Shown in pieces: positions 1 to 9,624 of a stretch of 64,000 nucleotides of DNA (positions within the stretch are counted from its first letter, which is position 1; each line of letters starts with the position of its first letter). The notes under the pieces are model-generated. The model ran no database searches. It was not told the origin of the DNA and saw only the letters and a list, made by a program, of their open reading frames with translations. Source of the stretch: Sphingomonadaceae bacterium (lineage in GTDB: Bacteria; Pseudomonadota; Alphaproteobacteria; Sphingomonadales; Sphingomonadaceae); the NCBI GenBank assembly GCA_021732525.1, contig JAKFUU010000001.1, positions 29,906 through 93,905 on the forward strand, in the 5' to 3' direction. The position numbers and the translations under genes are program-made.

Positions 1-113
1 TCATCAACCATCGGCGCGACGCCGGCGATGCGCAAACCCGCCGCCGCCAGCATCGACAGCCGCGCCGCACTTTTTGATGCCAATATCAAATCTTTGGCAA
101 GAACCTTATTCAT
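1..113 (-). CDS. maf: Maf-like nucleotide pyrophosphatase, N-terminal fragment (continues beyond the window start)
   Basis: Reverse translation from ATG 113-111 gives MNKVLAKDLILASKSAARLSMLAAAGLRIAGVAPMVDD, which fits the Maf N-terminal LILAS.S..R..L pattern. A position downstream of the DUF299 gene is the usual alphaproteobacterial arrangement. Confidence 0.7.
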   Translation of the reverse strand, partial: MNKVLAKDLILASKSAARLSMLAAAGLRIAGVAPMVD

Positions 114-120
114 CGGACAT

Positions 121-165
121 CCAAATTCATCTCAGCCAAATTCATCTCCGCCAAATTCATCGCAG
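121..165. repeat. 15-bp tandem repeat x3 (ccaaattcatctcag / ccaaattcatctccg / ccaaattcatcgcag), with a degenerate fourth unit at 104-118
   Basis: Direct reading. Copies start at 121, 136 and 151. The repeat shows as PNSSQ-PNSSP-PNSSQ in the + strand ORF 28-339. Confidence 0.95.
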
Positions 166-975
166 CGCCCTTTCATTGGCAAGATTGATGATCGCCGCAG
201 CGCTTTCCTCAATCGACCGGCGGGTCACATCGATAACCGGCCAGTCATTATCGGCAAACATCCGCCGGGCAAAGGCGACTTCGGCTTGCACCCGTTCGGC
301 ATCGACATAATCGGTGTCGGGGGTTTGATTGAGCGATAGCAACCGGTTGCGCCGCACTTGAATCAGCCGTTCGGGATTGGTCATCAACCCCACCACCATC
401 GGGTTTTTTAAGCTAAACAAGCTGCTGGGTGGCGGCGATTCGGGGACGATGGGAATATTGGCGGTTTTATAGCCGCGATTGGCAAGATAGATGCTCGTCG
501 GGGTTTTCGATGTGCGCGATACCCCGGCCAGGATGATATCGGCCTCTTCCCAATTATGGGCATTTATTCCGTCATCATGCGCGATTGTAAATTGAATCGC
601 TTCGACGCGGGCAAAATAGGCTGCATCCATCAAATGTTGCCGGCCGGGCCGGGCCTTTGCCGCTTGCCCCAGCATATTGGACAAAGCGTCGGTCACTTGG
701 TCAAGCGCGGCAATGGCCGGTAGATTCAAAGCGCGGCAACGTTGTTCCAACTTGCGCCTTATTTCGCGGTTGACCAGCGTGAACAGCACCAGCCCCGGAT
801 TGGCCGTGACATCCGCCAATATCCGTTCGAGATGGGTTTCGGATCGAATCATCGGCCAAAAATGCTTGGTAACATCATCCGAGCTGTCAAATTGCGCCAG
901 CGCCGCTTTGGCAATATTCTCCAACGTTTCACCGGTCGAGTCCGAGAGCAGGTGAAGATGAAACTTGCCGGGCAT
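157..975 (-). CDS. ppsR: Pyruvate phosphate dikinase / PEP synthase regulatory protein (DUF299 kinase-pyrophosphorylase)
   Basis: ORF 157-1074. The conserved start is ATG 975-973 (MPGKFHLHLLSDSTGETLE). P-loop-like GVSRTSKTPTS is present. It is divergent from hemE, as RP001/CC0001 is in other alphaproteobacteria. Confidence 0.85.
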   Translation of the reverse strand: MPGKFHLHLLSDSTGETLENIAKAALAQFDSSDDVTKHFWPMIRSETHLERILADVTANPGLVLFTLVNREIRRKLEQRCRALNLPAIAALDQVTDALSNMLGQAAKARPGRQHLMDAAYFARVEAIQFTIAHDDGINAHNWEEADIILAGVSRTSKTPTSIYLANRGYKTANIPIVPESPPPSSLFSLKNPMVVGLMTNPERLIQVRRNRLLSLNQTPDTDYVDAERVQAEVAFARRMFADNDWPVIDVTRRSIEESAAAIINLANERALR

Positions 976-997
976 AAGCGCAGCTTTGTGGGCTCTC

Positions 998-1006
998 TGG
1001 GGATAA
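998..1006 (-). promoter_or_regulatory. DnaA box-like 9-mer (TTATCCCCA on the minus strand, 8/9 to TTATCCACA)
   Basis: The + strand reads tggggataa. Confidence 0.4.
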
Positions 1007-1109
1007 ATCAAGGGACAAAATAACCCGCCAGCATTCGTCCCCGTTACGCGAAGTTTCCGGCTCGATTCGGCCACATATTATGAACAAGCGGGTAATGTTG
1101 CTCACAGGC

Positions 1110-1118
1110 TGTGGATAG
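1110..1118 (-). promoter_or_regulatory. DnaA box-like 9-mer (CTATCCACA on the minus strand, 8/9)
   Basis: The + strand reads tgtggatag. Confidence 0.45.
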
Positions 1119-1207
1119 CGGGTATCAAATTTGCGAATCCCTGCTTTAGCGCCGCTAATCTGGGCGACATGGTTGGCAAAGTCGGCAAAAGCTTTTACGG
1201 GCCGTGA

Positions 1208-1216
1208 TTATCCACA
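1208..1216 (+). promoter_or_regulatory. Perfect consensus DnaA box TTATCCACA
   Basis: Direct reading. It lies immediately upstream of the AT-rich tract 1221-1275. Confidence 0.7.
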
Positions 1217-1275
1217 CACCAACATCTATCATCATCCTTATTATAATATTAATTATGATTGGAAATATTTTCGAT

Positions 1276-2301
1276 ATGCCCCCCGCGCCCAAAAAACTGC
1301 TCCAAGTGCTTAGCGGCGATAAAAGCGATATTCCGCCCATCTGGCTGATGCGTCAAGCGGGCCGATACCTCCCCGAATATCGGGCATTACGCGCCGAAAA
1401 AGGCGGTTTTTTGGAGCTGGTATATGATAGCGATGCCGCCGCCGAGGTAACGTTGCAACCGATCCGCCGATTTGATTTTGACGGTTCCATCCTATTTTCC
1501 GACATTTTAATCATCCCTTATGCGATGGGGCAAAATTTATGGTTTGAGGCGGGCGAAGGGCCAAGGCTTGCCCCGCGGCTTGCAGAAATGTCTCTGGATC
1601 AGCTGACACCCGATTTAAGCCGTCTGGAGCCTATCTACGACACCGTTCGAAAGGTTGCGGCGGCATTACCCCCACAGGTTACCTTTTTGGGCTTTGCGGG
1701 CAGCCCCTGGACGATTTCAACCTATATGGTGAATGGTCAAGGGTCGAAGGATCAAAATGAGACCCGCCGGATGGCTTATTTGGAACCGGAGCGATTTGCC
1801 GCGCTGATCGATGCGATATCCGGCATTACGGCGGAATATCTATCCGGGCAGATTGAGGCTGGCGTGGATGCCGTGCAATTATTCGATAGCTGGGCCGGAT
1901 CGTTAAGCCCGGAACAATTTTCGCGCTGGGTGATTGCACCCAATGCAAAAATTATTGCGGCGCTCAAAAAGCGATATCCCCATATACCCATCATTGGTTT
2001 TCCCAAGGGAGCGGGCGGAAAGCTTGCGGCCTATGCAGCGGAAACCGGGGTTGATGCCATTGGCCTGGATGAAACCGTGGATCCTTTTTGGGCGAACCAA
2101 ATATTGCCGAAAAATATGCCCGTGCAAGGCAATCTTGATCCGTTGGCTTTGATTGCGGGCGGCGCGGCGCTGGAACATGCGGTAGGCAGGATTCGGGAAG
2201 CTTTTGCATCGCGCCCGCATATATTCAACCTGGGTCATGGCATCGCGCAAGATACGCCCATTGAACATGTTGAAAAGCTGCTTAAACTTGTAAGAGATTG
2301 A
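1276..2301 (+). CDS. hemE: Uroporphyrinogen decarboxylase
   Basis: ORF 1204-2301. ATG at 1276 gives MPPAPKKLLQVL...PPIWLMRQAGRYLPEYR, the HemE signature. Confidence 0.95.
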   Translation: MPPAPKKLLQVLSGDKSDIPPIWLMRQAGRYLPEYRALRAEKGGFLELVYDSDAAAEVTLQPIRRFDFDGSILFSDILIIPYAMGQNLWFEAGEGPRLAPRLAEMSLDQLTPDLSRLEPIYDTVRKVAAALPPQVTFLGFAGSPWTISTYMVNGQGSKDQNETRRMAYLEPERFAALIDAISGITAEYLSGQIEAGVDAVQLFDSWAGSLSPEQFSRWVIAPNAKIIAALKKRYPHIPIIGFPKGAGGKLAAYAAETGVDAIGLDETVDPFWANQILPKNMPVQGNLDPLALIAGGAALEHAVGRIREAFASRPHIFNLGHGIAQDTPIEHVEKLLKLVRD

Positions 2302-2321
2302 TTCGATATAATTGAAATTTA

Positions 2322-2765
2322 ATGATGGATATATTCGCCTTGCTCTATCCCTGGTTGAAAGCGGCACATTTGATTTTCGTTATCTTTTGGATGGCGGGCC
2401 TATTCATGTTGCCGCGGTTTTTTGTGTATCATCAAGAATCGGCCGAGGGCAGCGAGGAAGCCGCATTATGGGTGGAGCGTGAGCAGCGTCTGATCAAAAT
2501 CATTCTCAACCCATCAATGATCATTGTCTGGATTTTGGGGTTGTATCTCGCATATGAAATTGGCGCATTTAAGGATGGTTGGTTTCATGCTAAGCTATTG
2601 TTAGTGTTCTTGTTAACAGGTTATCATGGATGGATGGCGGGCTATGCACGAAAGCTGGCAACCGGCGAGCGAAAATTTTCGGGCAAGACATTGCGATTGA
2701 TGAATGAAGTGCCCGGTGTTGCAACGGCGGCAATCGTGATTTTGGTGATCGTTAAGCCTTTTTGA
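2322..2765 (+). CDS. hemJ: Protoporphyrinogen IX oxidase HemJ-type membrane protein (UPF0093)
   Basis: 147 aa with four hydrophobic segments. WLKAAHLIFVIFWMAGLFMLPRFFVYH is typical of HemJ, and it is adjacent to hemE. Confidence 0.8.
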   Translation: MMDIFALLYPWLKAAHLIFVIFWMAGLFMLPRFFVYHQESAEGSEEAALWVEREQRLIKIILNPSMIIVWILGLYLAYEIGAFKDGWFHAKLLLVFLLTGYHGWMAGYARKLATGERKFSGKTLRLMNEVPGVATAAIVILVIVKPF

Positions 2766-2953
2766 CCGGCAAATTATTGCCGCCAATTCTGTATAATTGA
2801 CAGTGGCTATGGTAGCGTCTATTGCACCGGTTAATCCCGTTCGGGCAAGAGGCGTCTTTTGGTTTAACAACGGCGCTATTACACTTCAAACATAGAACCG
2901 GCGTCTTTTTTGACCGGGGATATTTTCTCGGTTTCTACTGGAAGAATAACGTC

Positions 2954-4210
2954 ATGCATTTGAAAGACTTAAAGGGCAAAAAGCCCGCTGAGCTGGTCGC
3001 AATGGCCGAAGAGTTGGATATTGAGGGCGCATCGACGCTGCGCAAACAGGATTTGATGTTCGCAATCCTGAAAGAGCTTGCGGAAGATGGCGAGGAAATT
3101 ATGGGGCTTGGCACAATCGAAGTGCTGCCCGATAGTTTTGGTTTTCTGCGCTCGCCCGAGGCCAATTATCTTGCCGGCCCCGATGATATTTATGTATCGC
3201 CCAACATGGTGCGCCAATATGGCCTGCGCACCGGAGACACGGTGGAAGGCGAAATTCGCGCGCCCAAGGATGGCGAGCGCTATTTTGCGCTGACCAAGCT
3301 CACCAAAGTTAATTTTGATGATCCCGACGTGGTGCGCCACCGGGTGAATTTTGACAATTTGACACCGCTTTATCCCGACCAGAAACTGACGCTGGATTCC
3401 GCTGACCCTACCGTGAAAGACAAATCGGCGCGGGTGATTGACATCATTTCGCCGCAGGGCAAGGGCCAGCGTGCGTTAATCGTCGCGCCGCCGCGCACGG
3501 GTAAAACCGTGTTGCTACAAAATATCGCGCGGGCGATTACCGATAATCACCCCGAAGTCTTCCTGATCGTGCTGCTGATCGACGAGCGCCCCGAAGAAGT
3601 GACCGATATGCAGCGCAGCGTGAAGGGCGAGGTTGTCTCCTCCACCTTTGATGAACCGGCCACGCGCCACGTTCAAGTGGCTGAAATGGTTATTGAAAAA
3701 GCGAAGCGTTTGGTTGAGCATAAGCATGATGTGGTGATTCTGCTCGATTCGATCACCCGGCTTGGCCGCGCTTATAACACCGTGGTGCCAAGTTCGGGCA
3801 AAGTGCTAACAGGCGGCGTGGATGCCAATGCGCTGCAACGGCCAAAACGCTTTTTTGGCGCGGCGCGCAATATCGAAGAAGGCGGGTCGCTATCGATCAT
3901 TGCAACCGCCTTGATCGATACCGGCAGCCGGATGGATGAGGTTATTTTCGAAGAATTTAAGGGAACCGGCAACAGCGAAATCGTGCTCGACCGCAAGGTT
4001 GCCGATAAACGCATCTTCCCTGCGCTTGATGTGGGTAAATCAGGCACACGCAAAGAAGAATTGCTGGTGGAGAAAGACAAGCTGACCAAAATGTGGGTGC
4101 TGCGCCGTATCCTGATGCAGATGGGCACCGTCGATGCGATGGAATTCTTGCTGGATAAGATGAAGGATTCAAAAACCAACGAAGATTTCTTCGACAGCAT
4201 GAATCAGTAA
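2954..4210 (+). CDS. rho: Transcription termination factor Rho
   Basis: ATG at 2954 ([25 protein letters not shown]). Walker A is [11 protein letters not shown]. Full-length Rho-like. Confidence 0.97.
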   Translation: MHLKDLKGKKPAELVAMAEELDIEGASTLRKQDLMFAILKELAEDGEEIMGLGTIEVLPDSFGFLRSPEANYLAGPDDIYVSPNMVRQYGLRTGDTVEGEIRAPKDGERYFALTKLTKVNFDDPDVVRHRVNFDNLTPLYPDQKLTLDSADPTVKDKSARVIDIISPQGKGQRALIVAPPRTGKTVLLQNIARAITDNHPEVFLIVLLIDERPEEVTDMQRSVKGEVVSSTFDEPATRHVQVAEMVIEKAKRLVEHKHDVVILLDSITRLGRAYNTVVPSSGKVLTGGVDANALQRPKRFFGAARNIEEGGSLSIIATALIDTGSRMDEVIFEEFKGTGNSEIVLDRKVADKRIFPALDVGKSGTRKEELLVEKDKLTKMWVLRRILMQMGTVDAMEFLLDKMKDSKTNEDFFDSMNQ

Positions 4211-4213
4211 TTT

Positions 4214-4522
4214 GTGCGTGGTTCGGTGATTTTGGAACATGCTTTGTTGCAGGTGCGGTCTGGCCAATCGGCGGAATTTGAAGCCGCGTTGGCAAAGGCG
4301 AGACCGCTGATTGCGGCGTCACCGGGTTTTCGTAGGCTGGAACTGCGACCCAGTTGCCAAAATGCGAATATTTATTTGTTGTTGGTCCATTGGGACGATA
4401 TTAGCAGCCACCAAGATGGCTTTCGGAAGTCGGAGCGTTATGGGCAATGGCGCAAATTGCTCCATGGATTTTATGACCCGATGCCAGAAGTGACGTATTT
4501 TGAGGAAGCTATAACATCATGA
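4214..4522 (+). CDS. Antibiotic biosynthesis monooxygenase (ABM) family small protein
   Basis: 102 aa with a GTG start. Size and pattern fit the ferredoxin-like ABM fold (LLLVHWDDISSHQDGFRKSERY). Its stop overlaps the next gene's start (ATGA). Confidence 0.6.
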   Translation: MRGSVILEHALLQVRSGQSAEFEAALAKARPLIAASPGFRRLELRPSCQNANIYLLLVHWDDISSHQDGFRKSERYGQWRKLLHGFYDPMPEVTYFEEAITS

Positions 4523-5262
4523 TCGACCTTATCCCTATGCTGACAGTGGCTGCAAACGGTCTTGGCGGACCGGCCGAAATTTGGCAGGCGATTGTTAAGG
4601 ATTTCTCCAATATTACCTCGCCATCGGCTTTCTCGGCCTTTTTGCAGGTGTTGATGATCGATATTGTGCTGGCCGGGGATAATGCGATTGTCGTGGGTGC
4701 GCTGGCGGCGGGGTTGCCAGCGGATCAGCGGAAAAAGGTCATTTTTATCGGCGTGATTGCCGCGCTGGTGCTGCGCATTATTTTTGCTTTAATGGTCACA
4801 TGGTTGCTGGGTATCGTTGGCTTGATTTTCGCAGGCGGTGTTTTGCTGCTGTGGGTGGCGTGGAAAATGTACCGCGATATTGCCGCGGATCATTCCTCAG
4901 ATTCGCCCGGTTCCCCCGAAATAGCGGGCGATGAAGATTCGGGGATCAAACCCGCCAAAAGCTTCGCCGCCGCCGCCTGGGCAGTGGCCGTTGCCGATGT
5001 ATCGATGAGCCTCGACAATGTGCTGGCGGTTGCCGGAGCGGCCAAGGATCATCCGGGCATTATGATCGTCGGCCTGATTTTCGCGGTTGCCTTGATGGGG
5101 ATTGCCGCCAATATCATCGCAAAATATATCGAACGCTATAAATGGATCGCCTGGGTCGGTATGGCGGTGATCGTCTATGTCGCCGGCAAGATGATCTATG
5201 ACGGCTGGACCGATCCGCAACTGGGCGTGGGCCGCTATGTCTATGCCTTGTTGGGCGGGTGA
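4519..5262 (+). CDS. TerC/YjbE family integral membrane protein
   Basis: Duplicated motifs LAGDNAIVVG and SLDNVLAVAG, with multiple TM segments. Confidence 0.8.
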   Translation: MIDLIPMLTVAANGLGGPAEIWQAIVKDFSNITSPSAFSAFLQVLMIDIVLAGDNAIVVGALAAGLPADQRKKVIFIGVIAALVLRIIFALMVTWLLGIVGLIFAGGVLLLWVAWKMYRDIAADHSSDSPGSPEIAGDEDSGIKPAKSFAAAAWAVAVADVSMSLDNVLAVAGAAKDHPGIMIVGLIFAVALMGIAANIIAKYIERYKWIAWVGMAVIVYVAGKMIYDGWTDPQLGVGRYVYALLGG

Positions 5263-5389
5263 TCGCTTGGCGTTGTTTAGACCGCGTTGAGCATAGATCA
5301 TGGATTGCAATTGTTTACTTTTGATAATGGTTTATACTCCATCTTTGGGTTTTTGGCAGCGCGCCATGCTCGAGGAAGGAAATTAAGCA

Positions 5390-5644
5390 ATGAAAATGAA
5401 TATCGAGATTGATTGCAGCCCAGAAGAAGCGCGGGCGTTGCTGGGTCTCCCCGATGTGACTAAGGCGAATGAGGCCTATGTGGAAAATGTCACCAAATTA
5501 ATGAAGGGTGCGGGCGGGATTGAACAGCTGCAAGAGCTGGGAAAGCAGATCGCGCCGATGGGTCAAATGGGACTGCAACTATTCCAACAATTGATTGAAA
5601 CCGGCGCGAAAGCCGCCTTTTCCGGCGGCAAGGATAAGAAATAG
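5390..5644 (+). CDS. Small conserved hypothetical protein (84 aa)
   Basis: ORF with an upstream GGAAGGAA ribosome-binding site. No family recognised with certainty. Confidence 0.5.
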   Translation: MKMNIEIDCSPEEARALLGLPDVTKANEAYVENVTKLMKGAGGIEQLQELGKQIAPMGQMGLQLFQQLIETGAKAAFSGGKDKK

Positions 5645-5674
5645 AATATTTTTTGCGGCTGAGATAGCGAGATT

Positions 5675-6970
5675 ATGAGCGCAGCGGATACTATCTTTGC
5701 CCTATCCAGCGGCGCGCCGCCGGCTGCCATCGCCATCATACGGATCAGCGGGCCGTCGGCTTTCGCTGCGGTGCAGTTGCTCGCGGGGCGGATTCCGGCT
5801 GCACGGCGGCCGTCGCTGGCGAAGCTATATGATCCGATTGATCATGCGCTTCTGGACGAGGCATTATTGCTGCTTTTTCCTGCACCAAACAGCGCCACCG
5901 GCGAGGATTTGGCCGAGCTGCATTTGCATGGTGGACGCGCGGTGGTGCGAGCGGTGGAACGAGCGCTCGCGGCCATACCGCGGCTGCGACCAGCGCAAGC
6001 CGGGGAGTTTACCCGGCGGGCCTTTTTGAACGGGCGCATGGATTTGAATGAGGCGGAGGGGCTTTCCGACCTGTTGCTGGCAGAGACCGAGCATCAACGC
6101 CGAGCAGCAGCGAATATGATTGGCGGCGGATTTAGCCGCGCGATCGGTGGTTGGCGTGAAGAATTATTACACATATCGGCCTTGACCGAGGCGGAGCTGG
6201 ATCTGTCCGACGAAGATGACGTTGCCGATCAAAATACCAACGTAATATGCGATGCTTGCAACAGGTTAGCAGAGGAAATTCACCAGCTTCTCCAGCAACC
6301 GCAAGCCGAAAAACTGCGCGATGGCCTGCGGATTGTGCTCGGCGGTCCGCCCAATAGCGGCAAGTCAACTTTGCTCAATGCATTGGCGGCGCGCGAAGCC
6401 GCCATCGTGTCCGATATCGCCGGAACAACCCGTGATGTGATTGAGGTGCCGATTTCTATCGAAGGCATTCCGCTGATCCTGACCGACACAGCAGGGATCC
6501 GGAATGAATGCGGCGACCCCGTTGAGGCCATGGGCATCGCGCGCGCGCGCGGCGCTTTTGCCGGTGCCGATATGATCTTATGGTTGGGGCCGCAGGGGGA
6601 GGGGCCAAATCACCCGGCGGTGATTGAGGTGGACACGAAATCCGATTTGGCGGCGGACCGAATCAAATCGGGGGATGCGCTTTGGGTGTCGGGCAAGACC
6701 GGAGCGGGTCTTGCCGCGATGGTCGCAGAAATTCTGCACCGTGCGCGTGGTATGTTGCCACCCGCGGATGGTTTTGCGGTGAATGCGCGGCAGAGGGGTT
6801 GGTTGACGGAAGCGGCAGGGGCTTTGAGATTGGCCAGTGCAGCCGATGACTGGTTGATTATTGCGGAGCAATTGCGGCTTGCCCGGCTCGCGCTTGATGC
6901 GCTCACGGGCCGTGCGCATACCGAAGATTTGCTCGATACGCTGTTTGGAACCTTTTGCGTGGGAAAGTAA
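5675..6970 (+). CDS. mnmE: tRNA modification GTPase MnmE
   Basis: G1 motif GPPNSGKSTLLNAL and DTAG are present. The C terminus FCVGK is the MnmE C(I/L/V)GK motif. Confidence 0.95.
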   Translation: MSAADTIFALSSGAPPAAIAIIRISGPSAFAAVQLLAGRIPAARRPSLAKLYDPIDHALLDEALLLLFPAPNSATGEDLAELHLHGGRAVVRAVERALAAIPRLRPAQAGEFTRRAFLNGRMDLNEAEGLSDLLLAETEHQRRAAANMIGGGFSRAIGGWREELLHISALTEAELDLSDEDDVADQNTNVICDACNRLAEEIHQLLQQPQAEKLRDGLRIVLGGPPNSGKSTLLNALAAREAAIVSDIAGTTRDVIEVPISIEGIPLILTDTAGIRNECGDPVEAMGIARARGAFAGADMILWLGPQGEGPNHPAVIEVDTKSDLAADRIKSGDALWVSGKTGAGLAAMVAEILHRARGMLPPADGFAVNARQRGWLTEAAGALRLASAADDWLIIAEQLRLARLALDALTGRAHTEDLLDTLFGTFCVGK

Positions 6971-7000
6971 AAGCGTGCTTGGGCGGTTGAAGCGGCAGAA

Positions 7001-7016
7001 TGTTCCACGTGAAACA
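7001..7016. promoter_or_regulatory. parS-like site TGTTCCACGTGAAACA (15/16 to TGTTTCACGTGAAACA)
   Basis: Direct reading, in the mnmE-mnmG spacer. Confidence 0.7.
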
Positions 7017-7063
7017 CCCAATCGGCTTTGACGATGTCGCGGCGCTCCGCTAAGCGGATATCT

Positions 7064-8953
7064 ATGAAGTCCCGATTTTCCCCTGATTTTGACATTATCA
7101 TTGTCGGCGGCGGTCATGCCGGATGCGAGGCCGCGGCGGTCGCTGCGCGGATGGGTGCCCGCGTAGCGCTGGTCAGCTTTCAGCGGGACACGATCGGCGC
7201 AATGTCTTGCAATCCCGCGATCGGCGGGCTTGGCAAAGGACATTTGGTACGAGAAGTTGACGCTTTTGACGGGATAATCGCGCGCGCGGCGGATGATGCC
7301 GCGATTCATTATCGGATGCTCAATGCATCGAAAGGCGCGGCGGTGCAAGGTCCGCGGATCCAGGCGGACCGGCGGCTGTTCAAAGCGTCGGTGCAGCGGC
7401 AATTGGCGGCGACGCCGAATCTGACGATTTTGCAAGGCGAAGCGGCTGCATTGCTTTTCACCAGCGAGACCAGCCAGAAGATTGCCGGATTACGGCTGGC
7501 GGATGATGGCGAAATCAGCGCAGCGGCGGTTATTTTGGCAACGGGCACCTTTCTGGGCGGGAAATTATTTCGCGGGGAAGAAAGGCTTGAGGGCGGCCGT
7601 ATCGGCGAGAATAGCGCGCTGAGGCTTGCCGACCAAATTCGCGGTGCGGGCCTTCCTATGGCGCGTTTGAAAACCGGCACGCCGCCGCGGCTGGACGGAC
7701 GGACTATCGATTGGGCTGCGCTCCCCGAACAACCATCGGATGGCGGATGCTGGACCATGTCGGCGATGACAAAACGCCGCGCCGTTCCAGAGGTATTTTG
7801 CGCGATGACGCGGACCAATCACCATACGCATGATATTATCCGTTCGGGTTTGGACCGTTCGCCTTTATTTGGCGGGGATATTCAAGGACAGGGGCCGCGC
7901 TATTGTCCATCGATCGAAGATAAAATATTTCGCTTTGGCGACCGCGATGGTCATCAGATTTTCCTCGAACCCGAAGCGCTGGATAGCCATTATGTCTATC
8001 CCAATGGTATTTCGACATCGCTGCCGACCGATATTCAAATTGCCCTCGTGCAGTCTATGCCGGGGTTGGCGCAATGCGAGATTATCGTTTCAGGTTATGC
8101 GGTGGAATATGATTATATCGATCCGCGCGCGCTGGACCACAGTTTGGCGGTGTGCGGTTTTGACGGACTTTATTGCGCCGGTCAGATTAATGGTACGACG
8201 GGCTACGAAGAGGCCGCCGCGCAAGGGTTGATTGCCGGGATGGGTGCGGCTTGCCGGTTGCTGGACCGGCCGATGCCCGCGCTGGATCGATCGAACAGCT
8301 ATATTGCCGTGATGATCGACGATTTGGTGCTGCAAGGTGTGACCGAGCCTTACCGGATGTTGACGGCGCGGGCGGAATATCGGCTACGGCTGCGCGCGGA
8401 CAATGCGGCGACGCGGCTGACACCGCTGGCTATCGAGGTCGGTGCCGCCGGGGAAGACCGGAAATCAGCTTTTTTTGGCCAGATGACTCAGCGCGATGCG
8501 CTGATATCCGCCTTAACGGATCATGCGACGGCGGATGATTTGGCGCGTGCGGGTCTGCCGGTGAAAGCCGACGCGGGGCGGATGCCGTTAATCGATTGGC
8601 TGCGGTTTCCGGTGGTTACGGTCAAAGCGTTATTGACCGTTTCACGTGAAACTATAGCATTTTCCGAATCAATCATGGCCGAGGTGGAACAGGATGGCCG
8701 CTATGCGCCCTATATCCAGCGACAAGAGGCGGAAATTAGAGATATTGCTGCGAATGAACGGATCGGCTTGCCATCAAATTTTGATTATGGTGCAATCGCT
8801 GGTCTTTCGAATGAGATGGTTGAGCGGCTGAGCCTTGCCCGGCCGGATACACTGGCGGCGGCGGCGCGGGTCCGCGGGGTTACACCGGCGGCTTTGGCAG
8901 CAATATTGGTGCATGCCAAACGCGCGTCAACACACGCATCGCAAGCCGCATGA
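7064..8953 (+). CDS. mnmG: tRNA uridine 5-carboxymethylaminomethyl modification enzyme MnmG (GidA)
   Basis: ORF 7028-8953. ATG at 7064 gives [24 protein letters not shown]. An alternative ATG lies at 7034. Confidence 0.95.
   Translation: MKSRFSPDFDIIIVGGGHAGCEAAAVAARMGARVALVSFQRDTIGAMSCNPAIGGLGKGHLVREVDAFDGIIARAADDAAIHYRMLNASKGAAVQGPRIQADRRLFKASVQRQLAATPNLTILQGEAAALLFTSETSQKIAGLRLADDGEISAAAVILATGTFLGGKLFRGEERLEGGRIGENSALRLADQIRGAGLPMARLKTGTPPRLDGRTIDWAALPEQPSDGGCWTMSAMTKRRAVPEVFCAMTRTNHHTHDIIRSGLDRSPLFGGDIQGQGPRYCPSIEDKIFRFGDRDGHQIFLEPEALDSHYVYPNGISTSLPTDIQIALVQSMPGLAQCEIIVSGYAVEYDYIDPRALDHSLAVCGFDGLYCAGQINGTTGYEEAAAQGLIAGMGAACRLLDRPMPALDRSNSYIAVMIDDLVLQGVTEPYRMLTARAEYRLRLRADNAATRLTPLAIEVGAAGEDRKSAFFGQMTQRDALISALTDHATADDLARAGLPVKADAGRMPLIDWLRFPVVTVKALLTVSRETIAFSESIMAEVEQDGRYAPYIQRQEAEIRDIAANERIGLPSNFDYGAIAGLSNEMVERLSLARPDTLAAAARVRGVTPAALAAILVHAKRASTHASQAA
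8638..8653. promoter_or_regulatory. parS-like site CGTTTCACGTGAAACT (14/16, core GTTTCACGTGAAAC intact)
   Basis: Direct reading, inside the 3' part of mnmG. Confidence 0.55.
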
Positions 8954-9624
8954 ATGAGGCGGAAGCAAAAGCCTGGTTGACGCGGGAGTTGGATGTTTCA
9001 CGTGAAACAATGGCTGCGCTGGAGCGTTTCATCGCCTTTCTCCGCGAAGAGGCCGCCATGCAGAATCTGATCTCGGCGGCCACGCTGGATGACATTTGGG
9101 CGCGGCATATTGCCGATAGCGCGCAGTTGCTCGCTCTTTTGCCCGATGGGCCACCGCGGGATTGGTTGGATTTGGGGTCGGGCGCGGGTTTTCCCGGTTT
9201 GATCATCGCGATGCTGTCAAATCACCGGGTCACGATGGTTGAATCGCGAGCGCGGCGAGCGGATTATTTACGGCGCGCAATTATTTTGTTCGGTTTGGAG
9301 CAAAAAGTTGAGGTTGCGGCGATGGATTTGGATAAGTTAGAAAGCCAAGAATTTGCCGTGATTAGCGCCCGTGCCTTTGCGCCATTGCCGCGCTTGTTGG
9401 ACGGCGCATTACGATTTTCCACAGAAAATACCTGCTGGCTGTTACCAAAGGGCAAAAATGCGGTTAAGGAATTGGAGTCGGTGCAATATATCTGGTCGCA
9501 TGATTTACGATTGGTCGCGAGTGTCACCGATCCCGATTCGGGAATTTTGACCGGCACTGTGCACGGACGATTATATGAAAAACATCAAATCCAAGCAAGG
9601 CCAACGAAAGGCAAGGTAGGATGA
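8950..9624 (+). CDS. rsmG: 16S rRNA (guanine527-N7)-methyltransferase RsmG (GidB)
   Basis: SAM-binding motif [12 protein letters not shown]. Its ATGA overlaps the mnmG stop. Confidence 0.93.
   Translation: MNEAEAKAWLTRELDVSRETMAALERFIAFLREEAAMQNLISAATLDDIWARHIADSAQLLALLPDGPPRDWLDLGSGAGFPGLIIAMLSNHRVTMVESRARRADYLRRAIILFGLEQKVEVAAMDLDKLESQEFAVISARAFAPLPRLLDGALRFSTENTCWLLPKGKNAVKELESVQYIWSHDLRLVASVTDPDSGILTGTVHGRLYEKHQIQARPTKGKVG
8994..9009. promoter_or_regulatory. Perfect consensus parS TGTTTCACGTGAAACA
   Basis: Direct reading, inside the 5' part of rsmG. Confidence 0.85.

Larger units (their letters stand above)
976..1275. other. Candidate chromosomal replication origin (oriC) in the ppsR-hemE divergent spacer
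   Basis: Contains one perfect DnaA box, two 8/9 boxes, an AT-rich stretch at 1221-1275 and two GANTC sites (1064-1068, 1135-1139). The hemE/DUF299 spacer is the known Cori position in Caulobacter and Rickettsia. rho, mnmE, mnmG, rsmG, parAB and parS lie nearby. Confidence 0.6.
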
